Shown one piece after another: positions 24,271-38,495 of a DNA stretch of 64,000 bases (position 1 is its first letter; every line of letters begins with the position of its first letter). The position numbers and the translations under genes are program-made. The notes below the pieces were generated by a model. That model made no database searches. It had not been told where the DNA came from and saw only the letters and a list, made by a program, of their open reading frames with translations. Source of the stretch: Octopus vulgaris. Taxonomy: Eukaryota. The stretch is from contig OX597815.1 in the NCBI GenBank assembly GCA_951406725.2, positions 157,046,001-157,110,000 on the forward strand, read 5' to 3'.

Positions 24271-25748
24271 TATATATTTTTTAACATTTAAGCCTTCTGT
24301 CGTTTTTTCACACTTTACTATTTTCTTAAATATATATATATACACTTTTGTTTTTAATGACTGAGTTTCTGACAAATAAATGTATCATGGGGACAAGTTT
24401 TGAGACATGATAGGGCAGGGCATCTGATTAAATGTCATGTAATAGCTAGTTCTCTCGATTTTGAAACCAATAAGGTCGTCTATCATTTTTTCCTTCGCGC
24501 CCTTCTATTCCGATTGGAAATAAATACCAGTTACATATTAGGGCTCAGTTATTTTACTTCACCTCATTTTTCATTTGTATTTAAGTAAGAAATCAGTAGC
24601 CGATGACATGCCGTTAAACAATTTCTCTTGTATTCCTTCCCGTTTGGCGAAATTGATCTCTTTAACACTTAAGGAGAAAAAATGTTAAGAGCCATTAATA
24701 TTGCCATCTGAGTCTGTCCTATTTTGAAAAGATCAAATGTATTTTTAGCTACAGTGAAGGAAGCTATTGACCAGTAATGGGTTTGTAGATGAATGATAGA
24801 TATGTTGGAATTACCACATTTCCTGATAACTTTACTAAAATTGGATATGCCATAAAAATAGCGATATCTTTGTCACTGATTTAAACCTAATAATAAATGC
24901 TACTAAAACGATCTCAATATGTTTTGTTTACTCTATGAGGAGACTAAAGTCAACAAAGGTCGTAACTTAAGCTCATCATGGCTGCCTGTAACAGAAACAT
25001 TAATTCAATGGGTTGAATAGAATTTTGCTGGAAGACAATTTATCATCGTAGGGTGGAGAAGAAAACAGAACTACCGACTATTTCCTAACTTCGTAAACTG
25101 ATATGAATAAGGTAGAAAAATAAATTAGCCCCAGATTGAAAAGCAGTTGAACTCGACAATCATTATAGGATGTTCTCCAAATTATTCTCCATATATTCTC
25201 TTCATGCGTAAATCATAAATACTATTCGTTTCACAATTTCTGTGTATAATTTATAAGACATATGACATCATTGAACATACCGAAGGAACATTCTCTGCAG
25301 CAAAATTAATCGTTAGACACTCCAAATATTACGGCGGCAGCAGCAGGTAGGAACAAATTAAGCGCTATTCAATAGATTGTCATTATTTACTGTTGCCTGG
25401 TGTTTCAATTAACCAGTGAAATGTTCGAAATTAACGAACCGTCTAAAATTGCTGAAAAGATGTACAAAATGATGCTAATTCGATTTTTGTATTTTACTGT
25501 CTCTTGCTTTGTTTGTTTGTTTTTTTTTATTCCAAAGAAATACCCAGAGGAACAAAAGTCATTATATTTCTTGTGTGAAATTTACATTTTTTCTTAAATT
25601 CTTTATAGTAATGGCAATCTCTTCTTTGAATTGGGTTGGGTTCTAACAGCTTGAAATTTTATTGTTGCACATACAATCCACCGGCGGAAAAAAATATATA
25701 GTATAAAATCAATACATTTCCAGTTCAAGTTTCTTTCCTTCACAAATA

Positions 25749-26314
25749 ATGGGTTGTCTGGAAAGTTCGTGCCGATTTATAGTATCTTACCTTTCGACTT
25801 ATTTTAGAACATGATTGAGTCCATAAAATAGGATTTGACTACACCTCCATTTAGAGCACAGTTTAAGCTTTCTTTTCGTCGAAGAAGGTTTATGTTCCTA
25901 TAACCTGTGTTAATTCTCTAACCCTTTAAAATAGAAGATAAGAAAGTTCATTTTTGGCACTTGATGCTTTGGGAACCAGACAAAAATTGCTGCAGCTCGG
26001 CTGGGATGTGTTACCCCACCCTCCATATTCACCGGATATTGCTTCTTCGGATTTCCACTTGTTCAGGTCTCTGCAGAATAGTCTTAATGGTAAAATTGTC
26101 AATTCATTGGATGATGTTAAAATATACCTTGATGAATTCTTTGCCATGAAACCACCTCAATTCTGGGAAGAGGGTATTTTCAAGTTAAAGGAAAGATGGA
26201 GACACATTGTGCAACAAAATGGTTCATATTTGGTTGATTAAAAATATAATGGCAAGTATTTATTGACCTTTTTCTTTCCTTTAAATATCGGCACGAACTT
26301 TCCGGACAACCCAA
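25749..26314 (+). mobile_element. internally deleted mariner element
   Basis: TIRs tgggttgtctggaaagttcgtgccgat / atcggcacgaactttccggacaaccca with TA flanks. C-terminal transposase GWDVLPHPPYSPDIASSDFHLFRSLQNSL...LKERWRHIVQQNGSY at 25954-26241. Confidence 0.92.
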
Positions 26315-27560
26315 TATATTCCTGGTTCTTCGATACATCTATTTCATATATGATCTTTCTATTTCTTAACGGAATGTAATTGCTGGTCCGAATAGGAGAA
26401 TAGTGTTAAAATTCCTTTTCTTTCTTTTCTTTTTTTTTAAATTTTTTAAATTTTTTCTTTTAATGACTCAGTCTAGGGAATGAGCAACACTTTCAACTCT
26501 TTTCTAGGTCTGAAGTTTGGAGCGAACAATGCGATTTTGAAACAAAAAATTAGTTAGTGAACCGTACTAAAAGTAGTCAAGGCCCAGATAAAATCAATGA
26601 ATGTGGCAGATTAAATCTTCCTCTCTCAAAACAGGAACGGACTCCCCTACATGCTTCAACGCTATTTTCATCTACCAAATTTCACTCACGAGGCTTCGGT
26701 CGACTCGAGGTTATAGTAGAAAACATTTCTCTAATGAGTTACGCTGTGTAATCGGACCTAAAATCTTAATCACCTGATCATATCTACACACAATAAAGAA
26801 TGTTTATTACAATAGCAATATCACTGTATACTTGTAATGTAATTAGTATAGATAAAGAGAAGACCTACATCTTAGAAAGCAGCCGTATACCTGAAAAGTC
26901 AGCTGAAGGCACATGCCCATAGCAATGATAATAATAAGGGATCTGCAAATTTCCCTTGTTGGCTTGAAAGTCTCAGGACGGATCTCTTCCTTTACTCATA
27001 CTCGATTTTATTTTTATGTAGCCACCACTGTCTTTGTAAAGTTTTGCTTTCATTTTGTATTTTCTATTGTGTTGACAGAATCAGTGGAAACGCAATATAC
27101 GTTTATTATATAATGCGGAAAGGCGACTAAGAAAAACGTTTGTAGTACAAAGTGAAGATCAACAAATGTAATAGATCACTGAATTACACATTTAATCATC
27201 CATTTTTTTCCGTATTTTTTATTCGAGTTGATTCATTAGTATTTAATCTATATTAAAGAATATATTTTGTAATAGTTGGGCAGCAATCTACTATGTTAAG
27301 CATCTCTAGTGTTCTCCGGAGAACTGAATCTGTTTAATATCTGGTTATTTTATTTACACGTAAAAGGAATCGGTCTGGTGCTTCAGCAGTTTGTTTACAT
27401 ATGACATCCGAAAGCTGATCAGTTTGAACATTTGAATTGCATTAATAAAATGAAATTCGAAGTATATCATCGTATCACTTGCAAGCATTTAGTATTTTCA
27501 CGTTTTTTTTTCTTTTTTTCCTTTTCTCGACAAAATTTGTAAGCATCGAATGGTTGCTAG

Positions 27561-27607
<47 letters not shown>

Positions 27608-29029
27608 TGGCGTCGAGTAGAACTCTAATGCAGTATGCATTATCAGTGTTCTTCAACTCGGTGCGTCTGTCATTGGGCGGGTGGTTCTGTTAAGGTGCAT
27701 GAAGGATCTGATCCGAACGAGAACCCAAATTTACTTCGGGTACAGAAAACCTTATACCACGAGTAGAGTGACTAGTCTTATCCAGAAGTATTACTGAAAA
27801 GTCGTTCAGAAGAAGCTAATCCCTATGTTGTATTACTGCTTCATCCATGTGCCTCGTCTCAGAAATCGTTTTGCTTTTCTTGGAAAGAATAGGCTCAACA
27901 CCTATTCTAGATGTGCAGTTGAATACTTGTGGCTGATAGAACTCAGGTATGTTCTGAGGCTGTTACATCTGCAGAGAATGCTGAGCCACCACCACGAGAA
28001 TGAAGATTTGTGGGTGGTGTTGTTTAAATAACATTTTTTCTGCAGCTTGCTTTTTGTCCGAGCTGCAGTCGTTGGTGAAGCGCAAATCGATATTCCGCGA
28101 CACTTAATACATTTTATCAGCTGGAAAAATGTAGTCAGTGGAAAACCATGCTCGAAATCTGTACAGGTACTCTGGGAGTCGATGGGTACTCACTTATAGA
28201 TGAGTGTTAGGTCGGAGTTTATGTAAAATTTCTAAATGAACTTGTGCTTGCAGTGCCACAGAAGAAGTTTACATATTCGGCATAAGTTCGACTAGGACGG
28301 CCGTTTTAGAGCTGTTAACAACTGAACCTTCCAAGATCCGTGCAGGGTGACGAAGCAGTTCACTATGTACTCGTTCAGTGTCCATGTATTGATGATTTAT
28401 GGGTTTTTCTTGAAAAGCCTTTATGACATGCGATGCGTGATCTATCTGGTTATCAGCCATGTGTAACATTATGATCAAGTCACCGTCTGTCTGCGGCACG
28501 GTTAGAATGGATAGTTTCCCCAGATTTAGTAAGTAAAGGAAAAAAAACTTAAGTTGGACACAGTTGAACGGTCTAAGAACAGAGCTTTGACTTTTGTTTT
28601 TTGCTTTTTCATTAAGCTAAGCCATTATCAACATCTTCAAGTTCTTCATAAAGAAGAAAATGGCGATGAAGAGAGAAGACACTACGCTGCAGTAAATTTT
28701 ATGAAAGAGGGAAGAAAGTGAAAGCAGTTTGCCTACTTTAGTTATGGAAATGCTGGTTCGTGCCAAATCGTGTGAGAAGGCACTAGCCTTTGATGTGCCA
28801 GAGCAATACGGAGCTTTGTGTGGGTCGAACCACGCAATGTGGTTTCAAGCACACTCTGTTGGAGGATCTCTCATTTTTCTGTTATTTTATATTATTATCG
28901 CAATTTGTTGTTAAAACTTTATTAATATATCCCTTGTTAACGGTGAGGTTACATTCCAATCAATGTAAACTCTCCATTCTTTCTTGCTTGTGTTGTAAAA
29001 CACTTGTGACTACAATTATTGAGAGGGTG

Positions 29030-29350
29030 AAGCAGCGACTGGCAGAATCGTTGGCGCGTCGGACAAAATGCTTAGCGTCCTTTCTTACTGCTTTTCACGT
29101 TTTGAGTTCAAATACCACAGACGTCAACTTTGTTTTACATCCTTTCGGAATAGATAAGAAAATGTACTAGTTAACACTGACGGCCAAAATTTAAAAACTT
29201 CCTTAAAATCGGTGAACTGACAGAACAGTTATCACGTTAGACACAATACATAGCTTTGTGATTTCGAATTCCGCCGACGTTTAACTTGTCGTTCAGCTTT
29301 CTGGTTTAATAAAATAAGTACCAGTTGAAGATTTGTATTGATGTAATCAA
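29030..29350 (+). mobile_element. two degenerate SINE group A copies
   Basis: gcgactggcagaatcgtt...gagttcaaata...gtcaactttgttttacatcctttcgg and cgaattccgccgacgtt...aaataagtaccagtt. Confidence 0.7.
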
Positions 29351-29480
29351 CTGACCACATAGACAGAGTGGGTGAGGCTCTGATCAATTTCAATCAATTG
29401 AAAGCCTTCGGTCCTATTTTCCATAGCTAGATCACAGCAATACACAGCGATATCTACTCAGTATATTATTTATATTATTT

Positions 29481-29524
29481 ACACAACGTTTCAGCTGATA
29501 TACCCTCCAGCCTTCATCAGGTGT
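29481..29524 (-). ncRNA. minimal hammerhead-ribozyme motif in PLE pLTR
   Basis: RC: ACAC CTGATGA AGGCTG-GAGGGTATAT-CAGCT GAAA CG TT GTGT. Both core boxes, stem II and stem I ACAC/GTGT are present. A mutated inverted copy lies at 30596-30639. Confidence 0.7.
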
Positions 29525-29653
29525 CTTGGGGAAATTTCGAACCTGGGTTCTCATTCCTAAGGTATTTTTCAATGTTGTTGATGTTGTTATCATCATCATC
29601 ATCATTGTCATCGTCATCATAGTCATCATCATCGTCATTGTCATCATTATTCA

Positions 29654-29726
29654 GGTCACTGCCTGGAATCGAACTCGGGATCTTGTGGCTAGTAACGCGC
29701 GCTCTTAACCACGACGCCATATGCCC
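29654..29726 (-). other. tRNA-like (Pol III A/B box) cassette inside PLE 3' region
   Basis: RC: gggcatatggcgtcgtggttaagagcgcgcgttactagccacaagatcccgagttcgattccaggcagtgacc. A box TGGCnnnnTGG, B box GAGTTCGATTCC. Imperfect cloverleaf, so not a functional tRNA. Confidence 0.7.
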
Positions 29727-30774
29727 ATGGGAAATTATGGAGTGAATTTTAGGGCTTATAAATCTAATATTCTTGTATCTTTCCTTAATACCGGTTCGAA
29801 TATGCTGTTCATATCTGCACTCGGTTTGTTTAGGAGGTTGTTGTGTCCTAGCATATGTGCTGCTTCTTTTAGTTTACGTATTTTCCAGTGGTGTTCTCTG
29901 TCTATCATTTTAACTTCATCCCACGGGGAGAGGTGGTCTCCATTTTTCCATACATAGTCAGCTATACCTGGTTTAGCAATATCTCCCCGTGTCACAGCTT
30001 TGCGATGATCCTCTGCCCTTATTTTGAGGGGGCGGCATGTTTCGCCTTTGTATAACCTACCACAGCAGCATGGGATGGAGTACACGTAGTTCTTAGTCAT
30101 ATTCTCTTCTATTGGTGGTTTTACTCGAAGGAGATATTTCCGAAGTGTTGTATTACTTTTGAATACTGTCCTGATGTCGTATGGACCGCATATCTTTTGT
30201 ATCTATTCGAAGAGGCCTTTCACATAGGGTAGACAGACTTTGGACAGTTTATCGGTTTCATCTTCTCTTTTCTTCATAATTGGAGAGGAGAGCATGCTTT
30301 TGGGGCAGTTGTTGCTTAATAGATTGTTACTGAGCTTGATCATTTCTTTGTGGTGGGTGTCACGATCGCTACTTATATTCATTGCTCGATGTTTTAGGCA
30401 CTGAGCAATCCCTCTCTTTACACTGTATGGATGGTGGGAGTTGAAGTTGAGGTATCGTCCAGTGAAGGTCGGCTTGCGGTATACGGATGTCATAAATCCA
30501 TACTTGATGCGTGTTATTAATACGTGCAGGAATGCTAGCTGTCTTTTTTTTATTTTTATTTGGAATGAGTACCCAGGTTCGAAATTTCCCTCAAGACACC
30601 TGATTAAAGCTGGAGGGTATATCAGCCGAAACGGTATGTTAACAACAAACAAGATGAGGACAAATATCCGTCAATTGTAAATAATGTAAATAATGTGCAT
30701 AATTCCACATCTCTTAAATATAGAACTGTATCTACTCAGTAGTTCAGGTGAATAATTACCTGTCAGAACCATCA

Positions 30775-32320
30775 TCATCATGCGCCTGGTCCGTCAAGGG
30801 TGTCACTTCTTGTCTCTTTTGTATGTACTGGCTCTTGACTTATTACTGCGGAAACTGGACGCGTTGAGTCATCTCGCACGAACTAGGACGTGGGAGAACT
30901 ATGTCAGCATACACAGGCAACGTTACCGTCATAGTCTCCAACACCAGACACACAAACCTAGGCAGTCGGCACTGCTCTAAAAGAATATGGGAGCAAAAAT
31001 TAACCAAGAAGAGACAGCAAGTCTGTAGCTCGGCACCTGGATGCTGGACAAAGGTACCAGTTAAATTGCTTGGGTCTGGCTTGGTCCGGACCTCCAGGCG
31101 GAGAAGATCGTGGATGAGGTGACGATCTTATCCACAAGCAGAGTAAGCAGTCTTACCCAGAAATGGGCCGTGAAAAAATCTATCACTGAAAGGTCGAGCA
31201 GAGGTGGCGAATTTTTATATCGCCTTTGTTTATATTACCGCCTGACTGTCTTACACCAGCTTACATCTGACCAAACTGGAGTACATAGTCTTTCGTTTTC
31301 TGTGGAAGGAACGCATTCCACTGGTCATGCGCTCCATTTGCTGTCAAAACCCGCTGAATGGAGAGTTGGGCATTTTGTGGCTGCTGATGCACAGACATGC
31401 GCTGAGGCTACGACATCTCCAGCGTTTCCTAGGCGGTGCGGAGGTGTGATCGCCGTTTGTCAGACTAGATTTTCCTCCGTCAGCTGATCGTGGAAGTTTC
31501 ACTCTGGCGTTCTGTGGTAGGCAAGTTCGGCAACTGGCTGGTCTGTACCGGAGGACTTTCGACAGATAATTTACAGAGGCCATTGATGCCCCGGTAGCAG
31601 TGCTACCGGGAGTGGTGTTACCGGTCAGGATAAACACTACAGGCAAGGGAGTGCCGTCAGCCTGGCTTGCTCGAGATGTGCTCAGAGCGTCGAAACTGTT
31701 CTTCACGCTCTCGTCCAATACTTCACTATTGCTGACTTGTGGGTTGCTGCTGGACACCTGCTGTTACATGTAGAGTGGATCTGGCGATTGGCTGAGTTCA
31801 TTGTGAAGATCGTCCCATAGCTTTCTTTTGCTGAGAAGTGGGGACAGTATTTCTTTGTCTGGTGACCTTAGGAAAGAGGTTGTATGGTGGACCAGACTGA
31901 GAGGGCTGAAGTCAGATGCTTTCCTCTTTGACCAAGCCCTGATCAACTTTTTCAAGTTTCAATTGAAAAGAAAAGTGAGGCTAGAAAGGGAAGTGCTGCC
32001 TCCCACCTATTTTGTTAAAAGGGTGGGTGGATGTTACAAGAATGGTCCGAATGAACAGGTATACACTAAGCATGTAGGTTGAAGAATGGTGTGGAGGGGG
32101 CACTTGCCCTAGAGGTACGGACGAACGTGGTTTGTTGGGGTCTTCCCAGACAGCCCTAGGAAGTCTCGCACTTCGGGAAAAATTTCATTGTTGAAATTCA
32201 TTTTGTTGCAGTTTTCATTGTTTATACGTTTCATTTTATGTGACTTCACATTGTATTGTCTTGTACCATCCCCAATGATTTTGTGAACCTTTAGTGGTTA
32301 GTAAAGAAAACATTATTATT
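30775..32320 (+). mobile_element. L1/Tx1-clade LINE 3' portion (degenerate)
   Basis: VRQGCHFLSLLYVLALDLLLRKL (RT QGCPLS-like), SAYTGNVTV (AYADD-like), LCQNPLNGELG..HRHALRLRHL, KEVVWWTR..LINFFKFQLKRKVRLERE. Confidence 0.8.
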
Positions 32321-32924
32321 GTTGTTGTTGTGAACAACAACGACAAAATCAATAACTTCGAAGACATAACAAATATAAATTTTTGGAGAAGCTATTCAAC
32401 CTACAAAATTAATGTAAGACAACAGAACCAACAACACGCATACAGACGCGCACATGCAAACAAACGCACATACACTCACACAAGTAGACATACAGAGATA
32501 CCTACACATAGTAAAGAAGAACAATCACGATCACGCACGGACTGTCAGTATTAGAATAACAAAATACCAAAACAAAGACGGCCATGTTACATGTCCACAT
32601 AAACAGCCATCAGAAACTTACAATAAAAAGACCGATATAACGAATCTATACAAAACATTTAGAAAAATAATAAGCAACGGGATAATCACAGACAATCATA
32701 AGGAAGGCCTAACAGAAACAATAGAGATAATTGAAGCTGAATTGACCACAACAAAACTAATCAGCATAAAACAACAGAGATGTCTTCCCAAGCTAACTAT
32801 AAATAAACAAGTCCAGGAATTAAATAGCTAAATGCAAGCAGCTTCACCAAGAAACACTCTCCCACAAGCAAGTAATGATACTTTATATGCGTAATAAACT
32901 CATTCATAATTAGGAAAAGAATTC

Positions 32925-33267
<343 letters not shown>

Positions 33268-33287
33268 CAAGAAACATCCGATAAAGA

Positions 33288-33575
33288 GATTTGTGGCTTA
33301 GTGGTTAGCGAGAAATTGGCTCACGGTCGTAAGTTCATGATTTCGATTCACTTTGCTCCGGTCCATTCAGCTGACAATATTGAGTTGTACTTGTACATGT
33401 AATTCAAAGGGCCAGCCTTGTCACATTCTGTGTCACGCTGAATCTCCATGAGAACTACGTTATGGGTACACGTCACTCTGGAATGTTCAGCCGCTTGTAC
33501 ATTAATTTCCTGACCAGGATGATCCGTCAATCGGATCAACTGGAACCTTCGTTGACATAACCGGCAGAGTGCCAG
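33288..33575 (+). mobile_element. degenerate tRNA-derived SINE (group C head)
   Basis: tggcttagtggttag...cacggtcgtaag...tttcgattc head followed by ccattcagctg body. Confidence 0.6.
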
Positions 33576-33815
33576 ATTTTTTTCCAACCGATTCTGGAGT
33601 AACATTTTTCTTTAGCCCTAGGTCTCATAAGGCCAGTAGATACTATTGAAAGACATAATTAGAAGAGATCGACAGAAAGGTCAGACCACTATTTGAATAG
33701 CAAATTCTGTGATAGAAATAAAATGATAGGTATAGATAAACTACATATCCTATATAGAAACTACATCTTCAGTGTTTATCGTTATACTACTATTGATAAT
33801 AAGGCTTTGGAATAG

Positions 33816-34120
33816 ATTTTTTTTGTTCCTTCTCAAGCCATGCCTTGCTCATAGGGCCGGTTTCCCGATTTCCTTGGCGTATAGGTTCCCCACCTGGACG
33901 GGACGCCAGTCCGTCGCAGGCGAGCTGCAAGATGCAGGAGGAAAGAGTGAGAAAAAGTTGTGGCGAAAGAGACTGCAGAAGTTCGCCATTACCTTCTACC
34001 GGAATCGCGTGGAGCTTAGGTGTCTCGCTCATAAACACACACATCGCCCGGTCTGAGATTCGAACCCTTGACCCCTGACCACGAGTCCGCTGCTCTAACC
34101 ACTAGGCCATGTTGCTCCAA
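33816..34120 (-). mobile_element. full-length V-domain-like tRNA SINE with 10-bp TSD
   Basis: RC head tggcctagtggttagagc...ggttcgaatc; cctgcgacggactggcgtcccgtccagg domain; TTTGGAATAG at 33806-33815 and 34121-34130. Confidence 0.88.
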
Positions 34121-34679
34121 TTTGGAATAGCAGAGTTTGTAAAAATGGTGTGAAAATGGCTTTGCGGTATTTAGTTGTCATTTTTATGTCGTGTCTGACA
34201 CACACTAGATATAACAAAATAAAGTAGTTTAAAGGTGTTGCGCTGTGGTGAGCTAGAAAATCAGTGAAAAGGGAACAGAAAGTGAGCCATGGTGGCAGGC
34301 TGATGGAGGCAGCAGGAAAGATGGAAAATGTAGAAAATACCCGAAAAAAACGAATATACTCTGATACAAGGCCATTAATATGTATAAGTCGAAATGAAGT
34401 TCATAGTTAAGTTGGTCAAACTCCTTTTGTCGCCATTCACGACTTCATTAACAGAATGTTTACCTAGACCTGAAGCAGGCCTGGAGTAGAGACAGCATGC
34501 GGTTTCAAGCACACTGTTGGAGGATCTCTTCTTGCTGTGTGTTTCTGCTTCCCCTACAGTTCCAGTTACCCATTTGTAATACGTTTTGGATTGAGTGCTG
34601 GGCTCCATGTGATGCACTTATCCCCGTCCCCAAAATTTCCAGCCTTGTGCAAAAATTTGAAATTGGTATTCTTATTATT

Positions 34680-34895
34680 AAGGCGTCGAGCTCGTAGAAT
34701 CGTTGCCGCGCCGAGTAAACTGCTTTGTGGCATTTTTCATGACTTTAAATACTGAGTACATATGTCGTCGAGATCGACTTTACAGTTCATCGTTTTGAAA
34801 CCGATAAAATTAGTCCCAGTTGAGCACTGGGATCAATGTAATCGACTTCCTCCCTTCCCTTAAATTCCTGGCCCTGTGCTAAAATTTGAAGCCAT
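34680..34895 (+). mobile_element. SINE group A copy
   Basis: aggcgtcgagctcgtagaatcgtt...tcgacttt...ccagttgagcactggg..caatgtaatcgact. Confidence 0.75.
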
Positions 34896-35049
34896 TAATA
34901 TAATTATCATCATCTTCTTCATCAACATCATCATTATCATCATCATTATTATTATCATTACAATTATGAAACAAATGCACACTAATTTTATAGCCAGGAA
35001 TATTATCTGGAATTTTAGTGACAAAAAGTCTACTCAAATTTCAAGAATG

Positions 35050-36355
35050 CTTTTTGCGATTCTTATCTGTAGGTCGACGATGTGATTCTCAATTCGAAAA
35101 ATCTATCAATCTTTTTGGAGGTGTTGTGTCAAGTGCACCAGTTACCACAAGATTAATTATTGACTTAGTTTTCCAGTCTCTTCATCTCTCTGGCTAAATC
35201 GTATTTCTCGTTTTTTTTTTTTCTTTTATATAGACCCTTTTTTTATAGGAAATTAGTTTTTTCATAATCAATGATTCTATAGTTAGCCTATTTTGTCCTC
35301 TATAATTATATCTGGTCTTCTCGCTCCAATAGTGTAGTCAGTCTTTATGAAGAGGTCCCATAAGACTTTTCACTACTTATTTTCTCACAGCATCTGGTTT
35401 ATGCTCACACTGTTTTCTTGTTATTTGGATGCCATACACTCGGCTAACATTCCAATGCACTCTTTTACCTACACGGCCATACTCTTTTTCTGCAAGTTTA
35501 CTGCACTCGCTGAAAATATAATTAGTACTTTCCTCTTCAAAGCGGTGGCCCGTTATGATTATAACAATAATTTTTTTCTTCTTTCTTTAAATTTTCTTCT
35601 ATTTCTCGCCGAGTGTTTTCCGTACATCTAGGGCAAAGAAGCTCAATGTATGCATTCCCAGATTACACGCGCAAATTCACATGTAAAATATGTATTTTAA
35701 AAAATTAATAAATAAATAAATTCATGAATGGATGTTGTTTTCACAGTGATAATGCTCTTCTCAGTACATGAGTCGTTCCAGTTAACACGACTTTTTGCAC
35801 TTCCTGTAGGCATCATTTTCAAATGAGTTTCAGTACCTTCTTTTATCATTCCTAGAGATCCTACAATCACTGGTACTGTAGTCGCCTTGAGATGCCACAT
35901 TGGCGTACATTGACTGGTAATATACCATATGGTTTCACCATTTTGTCCACAAATGCTGCGCTTATCAATTTCTGATGTGTTGTCTATTCTGTATTCGATG
36001 TAATTGGTTCTTAATGCTTGCTCTTGGACTGCACGGATTAGAGCCTCCGTTTCCGGTTTTAAATCTCTTTTAGTCATCCATAGCAATCTTTTTTTCTGTC
36101 TGCCTTATCTTCAAAATTCTTATGAACTTGTCCATGCATTCTTCTTTTTTTATCCACCTATTTTCAATTTCATTCATTCTCAAGTGGTGGTACAGTGCAA
36201 TTTTCCATCCTACACAAGCCTGACCTTCTTACTTCAAATAATAGCGGCTCTGTAGCATTTTTTATATACTATGCTATGTTGTTTTCTTCTGATCTAATGA
36301 TGCGTTCGCATCCAATCAGTCCTCTTCCTCCTCTTTTTCTTGGTACATACAGTAC

Positions 36356-36357
<2 letters not shown>
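35050..36357 (-). mobile_element. R4/Dong-clade (restriction-like endonuclease) non-LTR fragments
   Basis: LYVPRKRGGRGL, LKPETEALIRAVQEQALRTN, zinc-knuckle relic (ICGQNGETIWYITSQC), TVPVIVGSLG; a second piece has LWDLFIKTD..IGARRPDII. Confidence 0.85.
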
Positions 36358-37159
<802 letters not shown>

Positions 37160-37469
37160 CATTATTATCATTATTTTATCATTTACTTCTCCTTCTTCCT
37201 CCTTACCATCATCATCATCATCATATGCTGTAGCATTATAATGAATACGAATTGTATGGAATGCGAAAAATATCCAGAAAAATCCACATGCAAGTAGTAG
37301 TAGTAGTAGTAGTGGCAGCAGAAGCAGCAGTAGTAGTAGTAGCAGTAGTTGTTATTGTTGTTGTTGTATAATGAATAATGCTACAATGACTTCAATTTTT
37401 TGTCCAAGTGTTTTGTGTAGAAAAATTGATAGTTAATGATGTTTAAGTCTCCTTCATGATTGTGAAAAT

Positions 37470-37475
37470 GTATGT

Positions 37476-37536
<61 letters not shown>

Positions 37537-37568
37537 TGTATGTATGTGTGTATGTATGTACGTATATG

Positions 37569-37619
<51 letters not shown>

Positions 37620-38369
37620 GTGTGTCTTTGTATGTATACATGTATATATATATATATATCAGAGCTTGAAGAAATTTTCTTTCAATAACTCATTTCTATG
37701 TCTAATCGTATTTAAAAAGATACTCCAGAAAAAAAAAGACTTATCTATACAGAGAGAAGAACGTATGTGGACTAATGTGTGAGTATATGCTGAAGTGAAT
37801 GTGAAAGTGATACTAAAAATGTTAGAGTTGTAATGTTTAAGAGAATGACACAAATAGCGCATGAATATGGTCGTGTGTGAGATAGAAGGAAAATGTAAAA
37901 GCGAAAGTGTTGTGTGAGTGTTTGATAAAGGAATTTTGCGTATGGGCGTCAATATATTTTTGCTTGTGATTGTATGCATATATATGTATGAATAAATGCT
38001 AGTATAATAGAGAAGACTAAAAAGATCGAAAGAGTGTAACAGATAGTGTGTAGATGTGTGTGTGTGTGTGTGTGTGCTTTATGCGCGTGCCAATGAGTGG
38101 GTGTTTAGGCGTATGGTTATGCGCACGTATGTATGCAAGAGTGATAAATATATGGAGATAACGAGTAATAAGGAGTCAGGAATTACGAGAAAGAGACAGA
38201 GAGAAAGAGAATGGATGTGTACGTGCGCGTGTATGAGATTCTGTGCGTATGTGTGTGTACGCTCACGCACGAAACCAGATTTTCTGCAAATGATTACACA
38301 CAAAAGTGCATCAATGTGTGTATAACTGAAACCTTATCGTAAGCCAATATAATTATGTATGCTTATACA

Positions 38370-38405
<36 letters not shown>

Positions 38406-38451
38406 TGTATGTATGTATGTATGTATGTATGTATGTATGTATGTATGTATA

Positions 38452-38495
<44 letters not shown>

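Larger units (their letters stand above)
23130..24327 (-). mobile_element. 5'-truncated Penelope-like element with inverted pseudo-LTR
   Basis: Intact 264-aa C-terminal ORF; 57-bp perfect inverted repeats at 23130-23186 and 24271-24327; flanked by TA repeats. Confidence 0.9.
29464..30728 (-). mobile_element. 5'-truncated Penelope (Poseidon-like) element with inverted pLTR and 13-bp TSD
   Basis: FLHVLITR...TSVYRKPTFTGRYLNFNSHHPYSVKRG...LPYVKG (one stop) ...YVYSIPCCCGRLYKGETCRPLKIR...KLKEA. pLTR 29487-29557 is inverted at 30562-30640. TATCTACTCAGTA at 29451-29463 and 30729-30741. Confidence 0.92.

Noticed and set aside
27606-28520. Possible degenerate LINE remnant on the minus strand
   Set aside because: Only a faint VPQ-like RT hint; too decayed to assign by eye.
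28830-28875. ~40-bp match to 34495-34535 (ggtttcaagcacac..tgttggaggatctct)
   Set aside because: Probably fragments of another old repeat; too short to define boundaries or class.
29654-29726. Functional tRNA gene
   Set aside because: Acceptor and anticodon stems pair poorly and it lies within a retroelement, so it is kept only as a tRNA-like cassette. The same applies to all SINE heads.
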